Shown here one piece after another: positions 37,881 to 48,033 of a DNA stretch of 64,000 nucleotides (its first letter is position 1; every line of letters starts with the position of its first letter). The notes below the pieces were generated by a model. That model was not told where the DNA came from, searched no databases, and saw only the letters and a program-made list of their open reading frames with translations. A program made the position numbers and the translations under genes. Origin of the DNA: Bacteroidales bacterium (GTDB lineage Bacteria > Bacteroidota > Bacteroidia > Bacteroidales > VadinHA17); assembly GCA_032260385.1 (NCBI GenBank), contig JAVVEL010000015.1:862-64861 (forward strand). The letters run 5' to 3'.

Positions 37881-40682
37881 ATGACAAAGACAGTAGCGAA
37901 CCATATCAGTATAAAGGGAACGAGGGTTCACAATTTAAAAAATCTGAGTGTGGAGCTTCCGCAGAGGAACCTGGTAGTAATAACCGGTGTTTCAGGTTCC
38001 GGTAAATCGTCCCTCGCCTTTGACACCATATATGCTGAGGGACAGCGAAGGTATGTGGAAAGCCTCTCATCCTATGCACGGCAATTCCTGGGGCGCATGA
38101 ACAAACCCGAGGTAGATTTCATAAGTGGCATACCTCCGGCCATAGCAATTGAGCAGAAGGTAAACACCAGGAATCCGCGTTCGACAGTAGGCACCTCAAC
38201 TGAAATATATGATTATCTGCGGCTCCTCTATGCCCGTAGCGGTCGTACATATTCACCGGTCTCAGGCAGGGAAGTGAAACGACACAGTGTTGATGATGTC
38301 GTAAATTTTGTTTCGAAGCAAAAACAAGGAAGCCGCATGCTCATTCTCTCCCCCAATGCCATACCCGGCAATATTGATGTTGAAGAATACCTGGCCTTCC
38401 TGAAAAAACAAGGATTTAACAGGATAAAGGTAAAGGATAAAATAATTAAGATAAATGAGGAGAAAGCTAATGATCTGAGCCTTTTGCCCGGGCAGGAGCT
38501 ATCGGTTGTAATTGACAGGATATCTGCTGATAAGGATGCTGATAATCTAAGCAGGATAGCTGATTCCGTACAGACAGCTTTTACCACCGGCAAGGGAAGA
38601 TGTATTCTGGAATCCGAAGAAGAGGGTATTTCTTTACATGAGGAGTTTTCAAACAAATTTGAGGCTGACGGCATTGAATTTATTGAGCCGAACGAACACC
38701 TGTTCAGTTTCAACAATCCTCTTGGAGCCTGTCCCCTCTGCGAGGGATATGGTAAGATAATTGGCATTGACGAGGACCTTGTTATACCCGACCAGAACCT
38801 TTCCGTATATGATGACGCCATTATTTGCTGGAGGGGAGAAAAGATGAAAAAATGGAAAGAAAGGCTGATCAGGAATTCATCCCTTTTTGATTTTCCCATT
38901 CACAAACCCTGGTACCAGCTCACTGAAGAACAAAAAGCCCTTGTATGGGAAGGTAACAGGTATTTCTACGGCTTGAACAAGTTTTTCACTTACCTCGAAA
39001 AAAAGAAATATAAGATTCAGTACCGGGTAATGCTGAGCAGGTACAGGGGTAAGACAAGGTGCCCTGAATGTAAGGGTAACAGGTTAAGAAAAGAAAGTTC
39101 ATATGTCAAAATCAAAGGCAGGGCCATACATGAGCTCACTGCCATCCCTGTTTCTGAAGTCTATGAATTTTTCAGGACACTTAAGCTTCGTCATCATGAA
39201 GAAGAAATAGCCGGCAGGCTACTTTCAGAGATAAGGTCAAGGCTGGAATTTCTTATCAATGTAGGCCTTTCATATCTCACCCTCAATAGGTTATCCTCTT
39301 CCTTATCAGGTGGTGAGTCACAGAGGATAAACCTGGCAACTTCTCTTGGAAGCAGCCTCATCGGGTCCTTATATATCCTGGACGAACCCAGTATTGGTTT
39401 ACACCCCCGCGACACCAATCTTCTTGTGAAGGTTCTTAAAAATCTGAGGGATATAGGTAACACTGTAATTGTTGTTGAGCACGAGGAAGAAATAATTAAT
39501 GCGGCCGACCAGGTAATTGATATTGGACCTGAGGCCGGCAGGTTTGGCGGGGAACTGATTTTCCAGGGGAAGGTATCTGAACTGGGGTCTGCGCAAACGC
39601 TCACTGCCGAATACCTGTCCGGGAAGAGGGAAATAGCTGTACCGGAAGTGAGAAGACGATGGAATAACTACATTAAACTCAGTGGTGCCAGGGAACATAA
39701 TCTCAAGGATATCGATGTCACCTTCCCCCTTAACACTATAACCATGGTCACAGGGGTTAGCGGCTCAGGGAAATCAACCCTTGTTAATGACATCCTCTAC
39801 CCTGCATTAAGAAATACAATTTCCGGTTTCTCGGGAAAACCGGGTAAATTCAGGGATATAGGGGGGGATATTTCCATGGTCAGTGGTATTGAGATGGTAG
39901 ACCAGGATCCAATAGGGCGCTCGAGCAGGTCAAACCCCGTAACATACCTTAAAGCTTATGATGAGATCAGGAAATTGTTTGCCGAACAGCAGGCTGCCAT
40001 ACAGGGAAACTACAGGGCTTCCCATTTTTCATTTAACGTTGACGGAGGAAGGTGTGATGAGTGTAAGGGAGAAGGTAGTATTAAGGTAGAAATGCAGTTT
40101 ATGGCTGATGTTGAACTTACCTGCGAGGAATGTAAGGGCAAGAGGTTTAAAAAAGAGATACTCGAAATAAAATACAGGGATAAAAATATATATGATATCC
40201 TGGAGATGACTATTAATGAATCTATTGAATTTTACAGTGCATCAAACGGCAAGACAGAAAAGAGGATTGTATCACGACTTAAACCTCTTGCTGATGTTGG
40301 GCTGGGATATGTCAAGCTGGGCCAGTCATCGAGCACCCTGTCAGGTGGAGAAAGCCAGAGGGTAAAACTTGCTTACTTCCTTGCTAATGAAAAGCAGCAT
40401 GACCACATCCTTTTTATTTTCGATGAACCAACAACGGGCTTGCATTTCCATGATATAAACAAATTGCTTAATTCACTGAATGCCCTGGTCGAAAGAGGCA
40501 ACTCGGTTATATTAATAGAGCACAATGTTGAAATGATAAAAAATGCCGACTGGATCATCGATCTTGGTGCGGAAGGAGGAGAAGAAGGTGGCTACGTAGT
40601 TTTTGAAGGTGTCCCTGAAGACATCGTAAAATGTAAAAAATCGTACACCGGGAAATGGCTTGCCAATAAACTGCGGAAATAG
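37881..40682 (+). CDS. uvrA: Excinuclease ABC subunit A
   Basis: Two GVSGSGKS Walker A motifs, two LSGGESQR signatures, Zn-finger CxxC motifs and FSFN. Confidence 0.98.
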   Translation: MTKTVANHISIKGTRVHNLKNLSVELPQRNLVVITGVSGSGKSSLAFDTIYAEGQRRYVESLSSYARQFLGRMNKPEVDFISGIPPAIAIEQKVNTRNPRSTVGTSTEIYDYLRLLYARSGRTYSPVSGREVKRHSVDDVVNFVSKQKQGSRMLILSPNAIPGNIDVEEYLAFLKKQGFNRIKVKDKIIKINEEKANDLSLLPGQELSVVIDRISADKDADNLSRIADSVQTAFTTGKGRCILESEEEGISLHEEFSNKFEADGIEFIEPNEHLFSFNNPLGACPLCEGYGKIIGIDEDLVIPDQNLSVYDDAIICWRGEKMKKWKERLIRNSSLFDFPIHKPWYQLTEEQKALVWEGNRYFYGLNKFFTYLEKKKYKIQYRVMLSRYRGKTRCPECKGNRLRKESSYVKIKGRAIHELTAIPVSEVYEFFRTLKLRHHEEEIAGRLLSEIRSRLEFLINVGLSYLTLNRLSSSLSGGESQRINLATSLGSSLIGSLYILDEPSIGLHPRDTNLLVKVLKNLRDIGNTVIVVEHEEEIINAADQVIDIGPEAGRFGGELIFQGKVSELGSAQTLTAEYLSGKREIAVPEVRRRWNNYIKLSGAREHNLKDIDVTFPLNTITMVTGVSGSGKSTLVNDILYPALRNTISGFSGKPGKFRDIGGDISMVSGIEMVDQDPIGRSSRSNPVTYLKAYDEIRKLFAEQQAAIQGNYRASHFSFNVDGGRCDECKGEGSIKVEMQFMADVELTCEECKGKRFKKEILEIKYRDKNIYDILEMTINESIEFYSASNGKTEKRIVSRLKPLADVGLGYVKLGQSSSTLSGGESQRVKLAYFLANEKQHDHILFIFDEPTTGLHFHDINKLLNSLNALVERGNSVILIEHNVEMIKNADWIIDLGAEGGEEGGYVVFEGVPEDIVKCKKSYTGKWLANKLRK

Positions 40683-40685
40683 AAA

Positions 40686-40706
40686 AAGGGACCCCAAAGG
40701 TCCCTT
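40686..40706. terminator. Hairpin terminator between convergent uvrA and the 40727 gene
   Basis: AAGGGACC-CCAAA-GGTCCCTT, with a T-run on the minus strand. Confidence 0.7.
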
Positions 40707-40726
40707 ACGTAACATTTATCCGTAAA

Positions 40727-41170
40727 TTATTGAGTCATTATCCCAAACATAATTGCCACACAACCGCTGGCAGGGTCATCAGCCTGTTGCTCAAAGGTGG
40801 TCACCTTGATTACAATTTTTAATTGCTGGCTTGATTCAAGGTTAAAGTCCCACGTCCTCCCATAGTCATTATCGGCATTTGAGTAGAGGATATTGCTGTT
40901 GGCATCCATAACCGTGAACTCGATGGCCGGCAGGTTATCTGAACCGCATATGGCCAGTCTGTAATCCTGATCACTATAGAAGGTTTTATAAAGCTCTGCT
41001 TCCTCTCCTTCAACCAGGATGGCTGCATGATAATTGCCGTCATGTGTATAAGCTCCTAACTCCTCTTTACAAATTTTCTTGGCAAAGCCCTTGCACTGGG
41101 CATTGGCATTGAATACATTAAATGCAAGGAGCAATGTTAAAATAAAACTTATCTGTACAATTCGTTTCAT
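40727..41170 (-). CDS. Small exported beta-sandwich protein with four Cys
   Basis: Signal peptide ANA-Q, C-x7-C, YRLAICG and SGCVAIMFG. Confidence 0.8.
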   Translation of the reverse strand: MKRIVQISFILTLLLAFNVFNANAQCKGFAKKICKEELGAYTHDGNYHAAILVEGEEAELYKTFYSDQDYRLAICGSDNLPAIEFTVMDANSNILYSNADNDYGRTWDFNLESSQQLKIVIKVTTFEQQADDPASGCVAIMFGIMTQ

Positions 41171-41176
41171 AATTTC

Positions 41177-42097
41177 CTATTTTACATAAGATGACCTGAT
41201 TTCCGCAACTTTACCGGCCAGTTCCTTGAAGACTTCCGGTGTCATATCTGTTTCAACGGTTGATTTAAGAACAGTAATATTTGTTTCTTCATCCACTTCA
41301 GGCTTGATATCGGTTGTTTTAATATTTATCTTATCAAAAACCGTCTTTAACTCCTCCATCTGCTTTATTATTTCCGCCATTGATGGATGATCCCTGTTAT
41401 CCTTAATCAGCTGGAGCATAATGCCAACAGACAATTTCTGATCGATGATCCTGCCGACCAGTTTATTACTGTCGAATTCATTTAAATCAACAAGCTGGGT
41501 TGCTATGTAAAGGCCTTCCACCCAGCCGCCGACCATTACTATCGCAGCTATTGCATGTTGCTCATTATCTTCAAGGTAAGAGCTCGAATTCAGGAATGTT
41601 TCAGATACAATATCAAGTATAACATCCCTGTTGTTTATATTTTCTTCAAGCCTGTTAATTGTTTCCTCATTAATGGCATCGAGTATACCCAATCCGTCGG
41701 CCATTTCCTTGGCGGCAGACATATAATCAATAACCAACTGTGTCTGATCATAAAGGCTTGCGAAACTCAGGTCACAGGTATAGATACCCAGGTTGAGGGC
41801 CATCATCTTATTGGTTGTATACCTGGTTGTATTTTGCGTAGGGTTCAACAGTTCCTGGTTAAATTCTGCTCCGGCTGATTTTATCAGCATGGCAGATTCA
41901 AGAGGTGATGGAAGAGAATAAAAGATTTTCTTTGCCTGGTCAACATCCAGGAGCACATCCTGACTGATCTCGGTAATCTCTAAAGGCACATTCTTCTCTG
42001 CCTCCTTACCACCTGATTTACAACTGTTAAACAGAAGAGCAAAGGTAAAAACAGCTATAAATAAATATAGTGTCTTACATAATGACTTTTTCTTCAT
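41177..42097 (-). CDS. Helical lipoprotein of unknown function
   Basis: Lipobox FNSC; LPSPLE, ALNLGIYTCDL and GGWVEGLYIA motifs. Confidence 0.8.
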   Translation of the reverse strand: MKKKSLCKTLYLFIAVFTFALLFNSCKSGGKEAEKNVPLEITEISQDVLLDVDQAKKIFYSLPSPLESAMLIKSAGAEFNQELLNPTQNTTRYTTNKMMALNLGIYTCDLSFASLYDQTQLVIDYMSAAKEMADGLGILDAINEETINRLEENINNRDVILDIVSETFLNSSSYLEDNEQHAIAAIVMVGGWVEGLYIATQLVDLNEFDSNKLVGRIIDQKLSVGIMLQLIKDNRDHPSMAEIIKQMEELKTVFDKINIKTTDIKPEVDEETNITVLKSTVETDMTPEVFKELAGKVAEIRSSYVK

Positions 42098-42216
42098 GAT
42101 TGATAGTTTAATTTGCTGGTCTATTTTCCGCCTAATTTAGCACTAAATTTTTATTTTTCAAAGTAATGCAAGACACTCAGCTTAATATTACCGGGAGCTG
42201 CCTGCAGTCAATCGCT

Positions 42217-43194
42217 CTATTCATAGGCTGAGAAGTATTTCATAAACTGTGCCCGCTCATATTTCTTGTAATCCTTAAAGTTCTTGTAGTTCAAACTGGC
42301 CCTGAATTCATCAATACTCTTATAGTTTTTTGATTTCATCCATGACTCCAGGGAAGCAAGAAGTTCACTTATATATTCATGACCCTCGCTGTATAGTACA
42401 GAACAAACCTGGACTGTATCAGCACCGGCAAGGAGGTATTTTACAATATCTTCACCTGTGCGCACACCTGTTGAGGCCGATATACTTATTTTGTCATTTA
42501 CGGCTGAGGCCATCCCAATCCACCTTAGAACATTTCTTTTATCGTCGGTGTTGCTAAATACTGAAGCCGGTATTATGTTCATGGAATTAACGTCGATATC
42601 CGGCTCGAAAAACCTGTTGAAAAGAACTACCCCGTTTACTCCCCTCTTGTAAAGCTGGTCTATAAGATAGAGCAGATTTGTAAATCTTTGACCCAGTTTA
42701 ATGGCAAAGGGTATATCCAGAGTCTTCCTCAGTTTCTCAACCATATCAAAATAAATCTTTTCAGCCCTGACGGGATTGAGCTCTTTATCAACAGGCAGAA
42801 AAAACATGTTCACCTCCAGGGCATCGGCACCTGCCGACTGTATATTTTTTGCAAAATTTATCCAGTCCTTGGCCGAGACACAATTAATACTGGGTATTAT
42901 GGGAATATCTGTTGATTCTTTTGCGGACCTTACCAGGTCCAGGTAGTTATCCAGGGAATGTGTTTTAGTATAGTATGCTATATAATCTGATGCTTCAGGA
43001 TAATCTGATCCTTTGGATAACATACCGCTCTGATAATTGATTTGCTCCTCAAATATTGATTTAAGAACTACGGCACCCGCACCGTATTCAGCAGCAGCCT
43101 TGATTTTATTCAGGCTATCTGTAAGTCCGCTACTACTGACAATAAGAGGGTTACGCAGTTTCAAACCCATGTAACTTGTTTCCAGGTTCATCAT
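42217..43194 (-). CDS. Dihydroorotate dehydrogenase-like flavoprotein
   Basis: YMGLKLRNP, GAVVLKSIFEEQI, LFNRF and LLAGADTVQ; the catalytic-Cys loop reads EVNMFFLP. Confidence 0.88.
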   Translation of the reverse strand: MMNLETSYMGLKLRNPLIVSSSGLTDSLNKIKAAAEYGAGAVVLKSIFEEQINYQSGMLSKGSDYPEASDYIAYYTKTHSLDNYLDLVRSAKESTDIPIIPSINCVSAKDWINFAKNIQSAGADALEVNMFFLPVDKELNPVRAEKIYFDMVEKLRKTLDIPFAIKLGQRFTNLLYLIDQLYKRGVNGVVLFNRFFEPDIDVNSMNIIPASVFSNTDDKRNVLRWIGMASAVNDKISISASTGVRTGEDIVKYLLAGADTVQVCSVLYSEGHEYISELLASLESWMKSKNYKSIDEFRASLNYKNFKDYKKYERAQFMKYFSAYE

Positions 43195-43203
43195 ATAAAT
43201 TGT

Positions 43204-43887
43204 TTAATTATCTATTTTACAATACCTTGCACCAAAAATAGCAGTCCCAATCCTGATCATCGTGCTTCCCTCCTCCAGAGCTACTCTGTAATCACCAGAC
43301 ATTCCCATCGATATTTCGCAGAAATCATCTTTCTCCCGGCAAAAATTCTCTTTCAGTTCTTCAAAAACAGACCTGAGAAAAACAAATTCTGATCTGACCC
43401 TGTCCATATCCTCTGTAAAGGTAGCCATACCCATTACACCTCTTATATTAACATTCTTCAGCTCTTCAGTGATGCCCGACTTAATCATTTCAACGGCTTC
43501 CTCGATGCTAAAGCCGAATTTTGTTTCTTCTCTTGCTATATGAAACTGTAAAAGGCAATCTATTGTTCGTCCGGCCTTATTTCCTTCCTTATTTATTTCC
43601 CTCAGCAATTTTTCCGAATCAACCGATTCTATAAGGTGGATAAACCCGGCGATATACTTAACCTTGTTCCGTTGAAGATGTCCAATCATATGCCACCGGA
43701 TATCACCGGGCACATGTTTATATTTATCCATTAATTCCTGCACCCTGTTCTCACCGAAATTTCTTTGTCCTGCCCTATAGGCTTCCATTATATCCTCAAT
43801 TGTTTTGGTTTTGGATACAGCCACAAGCTTAACATTATCAGGCAGTTTCTCTTTAAGGCGTCTTATATTTTCTGCTATTTCACTCAT
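43204..43887 (-). CDS. yggS: YggS/PLP homeostasis protein
   Basis: LVAVSKT, FGENRVQE, WHMIGHLQRNK, SMGMSGDY and RIGTAIFG. Start placed at MSEIAEN. Confidence 0.95.
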   Translation of the reverse strand: MSEIAENIRRLKEKLPDNVKLVAVSKTKTIEDIMEAYRAGQRNFGENRVQELMDKYKHVPGDIRWHMIGHLQRNKVKYIAGFIHLIESVDSEKLLREINKEGNKAGRTIDCLLQFHIAREETKFGFSIEEAVEMIKSGITEELKNVNIRGVMGMATFTEDMDRVRSEFVFLRSVFEELKENFCREKDDFCEISMGMSGDYRVALEEGSTMIRIGTAIFGARYCKIDN

Positions 43888-43955
43888 AAGGTCTAAAGTC
43901 CTAAAATTAGAAAAGCCCCGCATATAAAACAAGGCTTTCCCAACTATTTGCATAA

Positions 43956-45206
43956 TCAGTCGAGCAGGTGTATGGCGAGGCCACTTCTCAGCTTTGGCTC
44001 GAACCAGGTAGTTTTGGGTGGCATAATATTGCCTGTATCTGCTATCTTAATAAGTTGCTGCATTGAAACGGGATATAGTGCAAAAGCTACTTTCATTTCC
44101 CCGAGGTCAACTCTTTTCTTCAGTTCACCAAGACCCCGTATACCACCTACAAATTCAATCCTTTTTGAACGTCTCAGGTCCTGGATATCCAGGATGGGAG
44201 AAAGAACCCTTTGTGTCAGTATAGTAACATCGAGTGCTGCTATTGGGTCAGCGTCGTCATACACATGTTCCCTGGCTTCAAGCCTGTACCATTCTCCTTC
44301 AAGATACATTGAAAAGACGTGGAGCTTCTCAGGTTTATAAATAGCCGGTCCGGTCCGTGTAATTAAAAATGACTCGCCAAGTTTTTCAATTAATTCCGCT
44401 GCTGTATTACCGTTAAGATCTTTTATCAGCCTGTTATAGTCAATTATTTTAAGCTGCTTATCAGGGAAATGCACAGCCATAAAATAATTAAACTCTTCAT
44501 CACCGGTATATCCGGGATTTTTCTCACGTTTTTCCTTGCCTACCAGTGCGGCGGCAGCTGTCCGGTGATGTCCGTCGGCGACATAGGTAAAGGGCACCTT
44601 ATCCCTGAATAAATTTTCTATTTCAGAAATAAGTGCCCTGTCATTTATCACCCAGAAATGGTGACCAAATCCGTCATCAGCAACGAAATCATATACCGGT
44701 TCCTCTTCAGTGACAATACGCGTAACTATCTGATCAATTTCCTTTACCGCGGGATAGGTAAAAAATACAGGTTCGATATTTGCATTGTTTGTTCTTACAT
44801 GTATCATCCTGTCTTCTTCCTTATCCGGCCTTGTGAGCTCATGTTTCTTTATCACCCCGTTGAGGTAGTCATCAACGGATGCACAGGCCAGGAGGCCATA
44901 CTGGGTCCTCCCATCCATGGTTTGTGCATAGATGTAAAATTTTACTTCATCATCCTGTACCAGCCATTTATTTTTCTGCCATTTAAGGAAATTCTCATAT
45001 GATTTACGGTACACCTCCCCGCTATGGACATCAGTGCCCGGTGGAAGGTCAATTTCGGCTCTTGTTATATGCAACAGGGAAAATTCATTGTCCCTGGCCA
45101 TGTCTCTTGCCTCTTCTGTACTCATAACATCATAGGGCAGACATGCCACTTTATCAGCCAGGTCTTTAGGAGGCCTGAGAGCTTTAAATGGTTTGACTAT
45201 TGCCAT
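43956..45206 (-). CDS. DUF1015 family protein (ParB/Srx-like core)
   Basis: LPYDV, KKHELT, ADGHHR and MPPKTTWFEPKLRSGL. Confidence 0.92.
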   Translation of the reverse strand: MAIVKPFKALRPPKDLADKVACLPYDVMSTEEARDMARDNEFSLLHITRAEIDLPPGTDVHSGEVYRKSYENFLKWQKNKWLVQDDEVKFYIYAQTMDGRTQYGLLACASVDDYLNGVIKKHELTRPDKEEDRMIHVRTNNANIEPVFFTYPAVKEIDQIVTRIVTEEEPVYDFVADDGFGHHFWVINDRALISEIENLFRDKVPFTYVADGHHRTAAAALVGKEKREKNPGYTGDEEFNYFMAVHFPDKQLKIIDYNRLIKDLNGNTAAELIEKLGESFLITRTGPAIYKPEKLHVFSMYLEGEWYRLEAREHVYDDADPIAALDVTILTQRVLSPILDIQDLRRSKRIEFVGGIRGLGELKKRVDLGEMKVAFALYPVSMQQLIKIADTGNIMPPKTTWFEPKLRSGLAIHLLD

Positions 45207-45228
45207 TTTATATAAAAATATTTAATTA

Positions 45229-46149
45229 TTAATTATTAACCCTGAAGGTTTCATCTCCTTCTTTAAGGAAGGCGATAATCTGGCTTGCAGCTGCAATTCC
45301 TGCATTGATATTTGCCTCAGCTGTCTGGGCACCCATTTTTTTGGGAGTGAAGAAGTACCTTCCGGGATAATTAGATTTTATGTCATCACTGCAATCCGGC
45401 GCAATATCAGATATATAACTGAAATCGTCTCTTTCGGAAAATACCTTCATTAATTCCGCTTCGTTAATCACCTCTTTTCTTGCAGTATTTACTAGAACGG
45501 CATTCCCGGGCATCCCGCTCAGGAGCTCATACCCTATTGATGCTTTGGTTTCCTTGTTTGCCGGTATATGAAGCGATACGTACTGACACTTTGAATAAAG
45601 CTCCTCCACTGTTTTGAGAGCTTTTACACCATCCTTTTCTATCACACTGTCATCCACGAAGGGATCAAAGGCAAAAATCTCCATTCCAAATCCGCGGGCT
45701 ATTTTTGCAACATATTTACCTACATTACCATAAGCATGTATGCCCAGGCTTTTCCCCCTGAGTTCAGTACCCGGCTTACCGTTAAATCCGCCCCTGGCCA
45801 GGTAAACCATCATTCCTAAAGCCAGCTCGGCCACTGCATTGGAATTCTGTCCCGGGGTGTTCATCGCAACAATATTTCTGGCAGTACATGCCTCCAGGTC
45901 AATATTGTCATAACCGGCACCTGCTCTTACAACTATTTTAAGACTGCTGGCAGCTTCCAGAACTTCAGCATCGATTATATCACTTCTTACAATCATTGCA
46001 TCAGCGTCTTTAACTGCAGAAAGCAATTCTTTTTTTTCGGTATATGACTCAAGCAGGCTGAGTTCGTAGCCTGCTTTTTCAAGTTCCTTTCTTATGCCCT
46101 CCACCGCTTCCCCGGCGAAAGGTTTTTCAGTAGCTATCAGTACTTTCAT
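45229..46149 (-). CDS. serA: D-3-phosphoglycerate dehydrogenase, short form without ACT domain
   Basis: RAGAGYDNID, NTPGQNSNAVAE and NTAR; MGAQTAEA with Lys in the catalytic His position; adjacent to serC. Confidence 0.85.
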   Translation of the reverse strand: MKVLIATEKPFAGEAVEGIRKELEKAGYELSLLESYTEKKELLSAVKDADAMIVRSDIIDAEVLEAASSLKIVVRAGAGYDNIDLEACTARNIVAMNTPGQNSNAVAELALGMMVYLARGGFNGKPGTELRGKSLGIHAYGNVGKYVAKIARGFGMEIFAFDPFVDDSVIEKDGVKALKTVEELYSKCQYVSLHIPANKETKASIGYELLSGMPGNAVLVNTARKEVINEAELMKVFSERDDFSYISDIAPDCSDDIKSNYPGRYFFTPKKMGAQTAEANINAGIAAASQIIAFLKEGDETFRVNN

Positions 46150-46162
46150 TTTCACTCTGTTT

Positions 46163-47233
46163 TTAATTGTTTGCTTCAAAATCTTTCATTGTCTGTATCA
46201 GTTCTTTCACACTTTCAGGAGGAAGGGCATTATACAGAGAAGCACGGAATCCTCCGACTGACCTGTGCCCCTTTATTCCTATCATACCCCTTGAAGAGGC
46301 AAATGAAGAGAATCCGGCCTCAAGTTCCTTATATTCTTCACTCATAACAAAGCATACATTCATTATCGAACGATCTTTCTCTTTACTTACAGTGGGTACA
46401 AAGAGTTTATTACGCTCTATTTCAGCATAGAGCATATTTGCTTTTTCCAGGTTGATTTTCAGCATTGCTTCAAGTCCGCCCTTGTCCTTAAGCCACTTAA
46501 GTGTCTGTAAAGCAGCATATACAGGAAGCACAGGAGGTGTATTGAACATTGATTCCTTTTCGATGTGTGTCCTGTAATCCAGCATAGTCGGTATAGGCCT
46601 GTCAACCTTACCCAGTATTGCTTCCTTTACAATGACAAAGGTAACACCTGCCGGGGCAAGGTTTTTCTGGGCTCCCCCGTAGATAATTCCGTATTTTGAA
46701 ACATCAACCGGCCTGCTGAAGATATCAGATGACATATCGGCAACCAGTGGAACGGGAGAATCAATATCCTCCTTGATTTCAGTACCGTAAATCGTATTAT
46801 TTGTGGTTATGTGAAAATAATCGGCGTCATCAGGAATGGTATAATTCTCTGGTATATAGTTGAAATTTGCGTCTTTGGAAGAAGCCACCTCAATAACTTC
46901 GCCAAAGAATTTAGCTTCCTTTATTGCTTTTGAGGCCCATGAACCGGTATTCAGATAGGCTGATTTCTTAATCACCAGGTTCATTGGCACCATGGCAAAC
47001 TGGGTACTGGCTCCTCCACCCAGGAAAATGACCTGGTAACCTTCAGGCACTGACAGTAATTCCTTGAATAATGACTGTGCCTCGTCCATGACTGACACAA
47101 ATTCCTTACTTCGGTGTGAAATTTCCATTACTGAAAGCCCTGTTCCGGCAAAATCCCTTACTGCCTCGGCGACCTTATCGACGGTATATTGCGGTAATAT
47201 TGAAGGTCCTGCGTAAAAATTATGTTTTTTCAT
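46163..47233 (-). CDS. serC: Phosphoserine aminotransferase
   Basis: NFYAGP, EISHRS, ADMSS, GAQKN, FNTPP and [11 protein letters not shown]. Confidence 0.97.
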   Translation of the reverse strand: MKKHNFYAGPSILPQYTVDKVAEAVRDFAGTGLSVMEISHRSKEFVSVMDEAQSLFKELLSVPEGYQVIFLGGGASTQFAMVPMNLVIKKSAYLNTGSWASKAIKEAKFFGEVIEVASSKDANFNYIPENYTIPDDADYFHITTNNTIYGTEIKEDIDSPVPLVADMSSDIFSRPVDVSKYGIIYGGAQKNLAPAGVTFVIVKEAILGKVDRPIPTMLDYRTHIEKESMFNTPPVLPVYAALQTLKWLKDKGGLEAMLKINLEKANMLYAEIERNKLFVPTVSKEKDRSIMNVCFVMSEEYKELEAGFSSFASSRGMIGIKGHRSVGGFRASLYNALPPESVKELIQTMKDFEANN

Positions 47234-47294
47234 CCTGTTAGTTTATTCGTTAAAAAAATCATTTTAATAATATCATTTAGCCTGTAGACAAGGC

Positions 47295-48017
47295 TTATAT
47301 GTTTAAGTTGAACAACTTACCCTTCTCAAGGTAAGGGAGTACATCTGTTGAATCAGTCGTATGGCAAAAGGGGATACAGTCGTCAAGACCTTTTTCCCTC
47401 AGCCTGCTTCTCTGTGCTGCCTTATCAATATAAGAAAGAATATCGTCTTGTGCAAGTTTCCAGAGATCAAGAGTTATCATCACCGAGTCGCATGATGAGG
47501 CGAATTTTCCACTTTTCACCAGTCTGTCGGCCAGTGCCCCGGCAAAAACCGAATCTTCCAGGGATATTTTACCCTTCCATCCCGCGCACAGCAGAATAAT
47601 TTTCCTTTCCTGGTCCAGCAGATAGGTCTCAAGACTGCTTATATTCAGGAAGGATCCTATGAGCACCCTGCAGCATCCCGAAGCCACTTCAATTGACATG
47701 GTACCATTTGTTGTACTATATACAATTGTTTGCCCGCGAACTCTTTCTGGAGTAAAATTAAAGGGTGAATTTCCAAAGTCTGCAAAATCCTGAACATATC
47801 CGTCACGTTCGGCGGCAACCATGTATCCCTTCCTCTTATATTCCCGTGCCACCTCCAGGTTTGGAACCGGTATCAGGCATTCAGCACCATTGGCAAAAGC
47901 ATTGCAGATTGCTGAGCTGGCCCTGAGTATATCAATTACAACCACTACGGCCTCCGGATCGGTATAGCGATCAAAAATAGCAGGAGTCAGGCAAACTTCC
48001 AGATTAGACCTCGTCAT
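47295..48017 (-). CDS. 2-phosphosulfolactate phosphatase (ComB) family protein
   Basis: VIDILRASS, AERDG, FGNSP, TTNGT, CAGW and SLED. Confidence 0.9.
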   Translation of the reverse strand: MTRSNLEVCLTPAIFDRYTDPEAVVVVIDILRASSAICNAFANGAECLIPVPNLEVAREYKRKGYMVAAERDGYVQDFADFGNSPFNFTPERVRGQTIVYSTTNGTMSIEVASGCCRVLIGSFLNISSLETYLLDQERKIILLCAGWKGKISLEDSVFAGALADRLVKSGKFASSCDSVMITLDLWKLAQDDILSYIDKAAQRSRLREKGLDDCIPFCHTTDSTDVLPYLEKGKLFNLNI

Positions 48018-48033
48018 TAGAGTCAACTCTTTT

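Noticed and set aside
38228-39698. Long antisense ORFs within uvrA (223, 136 and 99 aa) and similar ones in guaA, rpsA, the ABC gene and the 1500-aa gene
   Set aside because: Typical antisense shadows of conserved coding frames, with no motifs.
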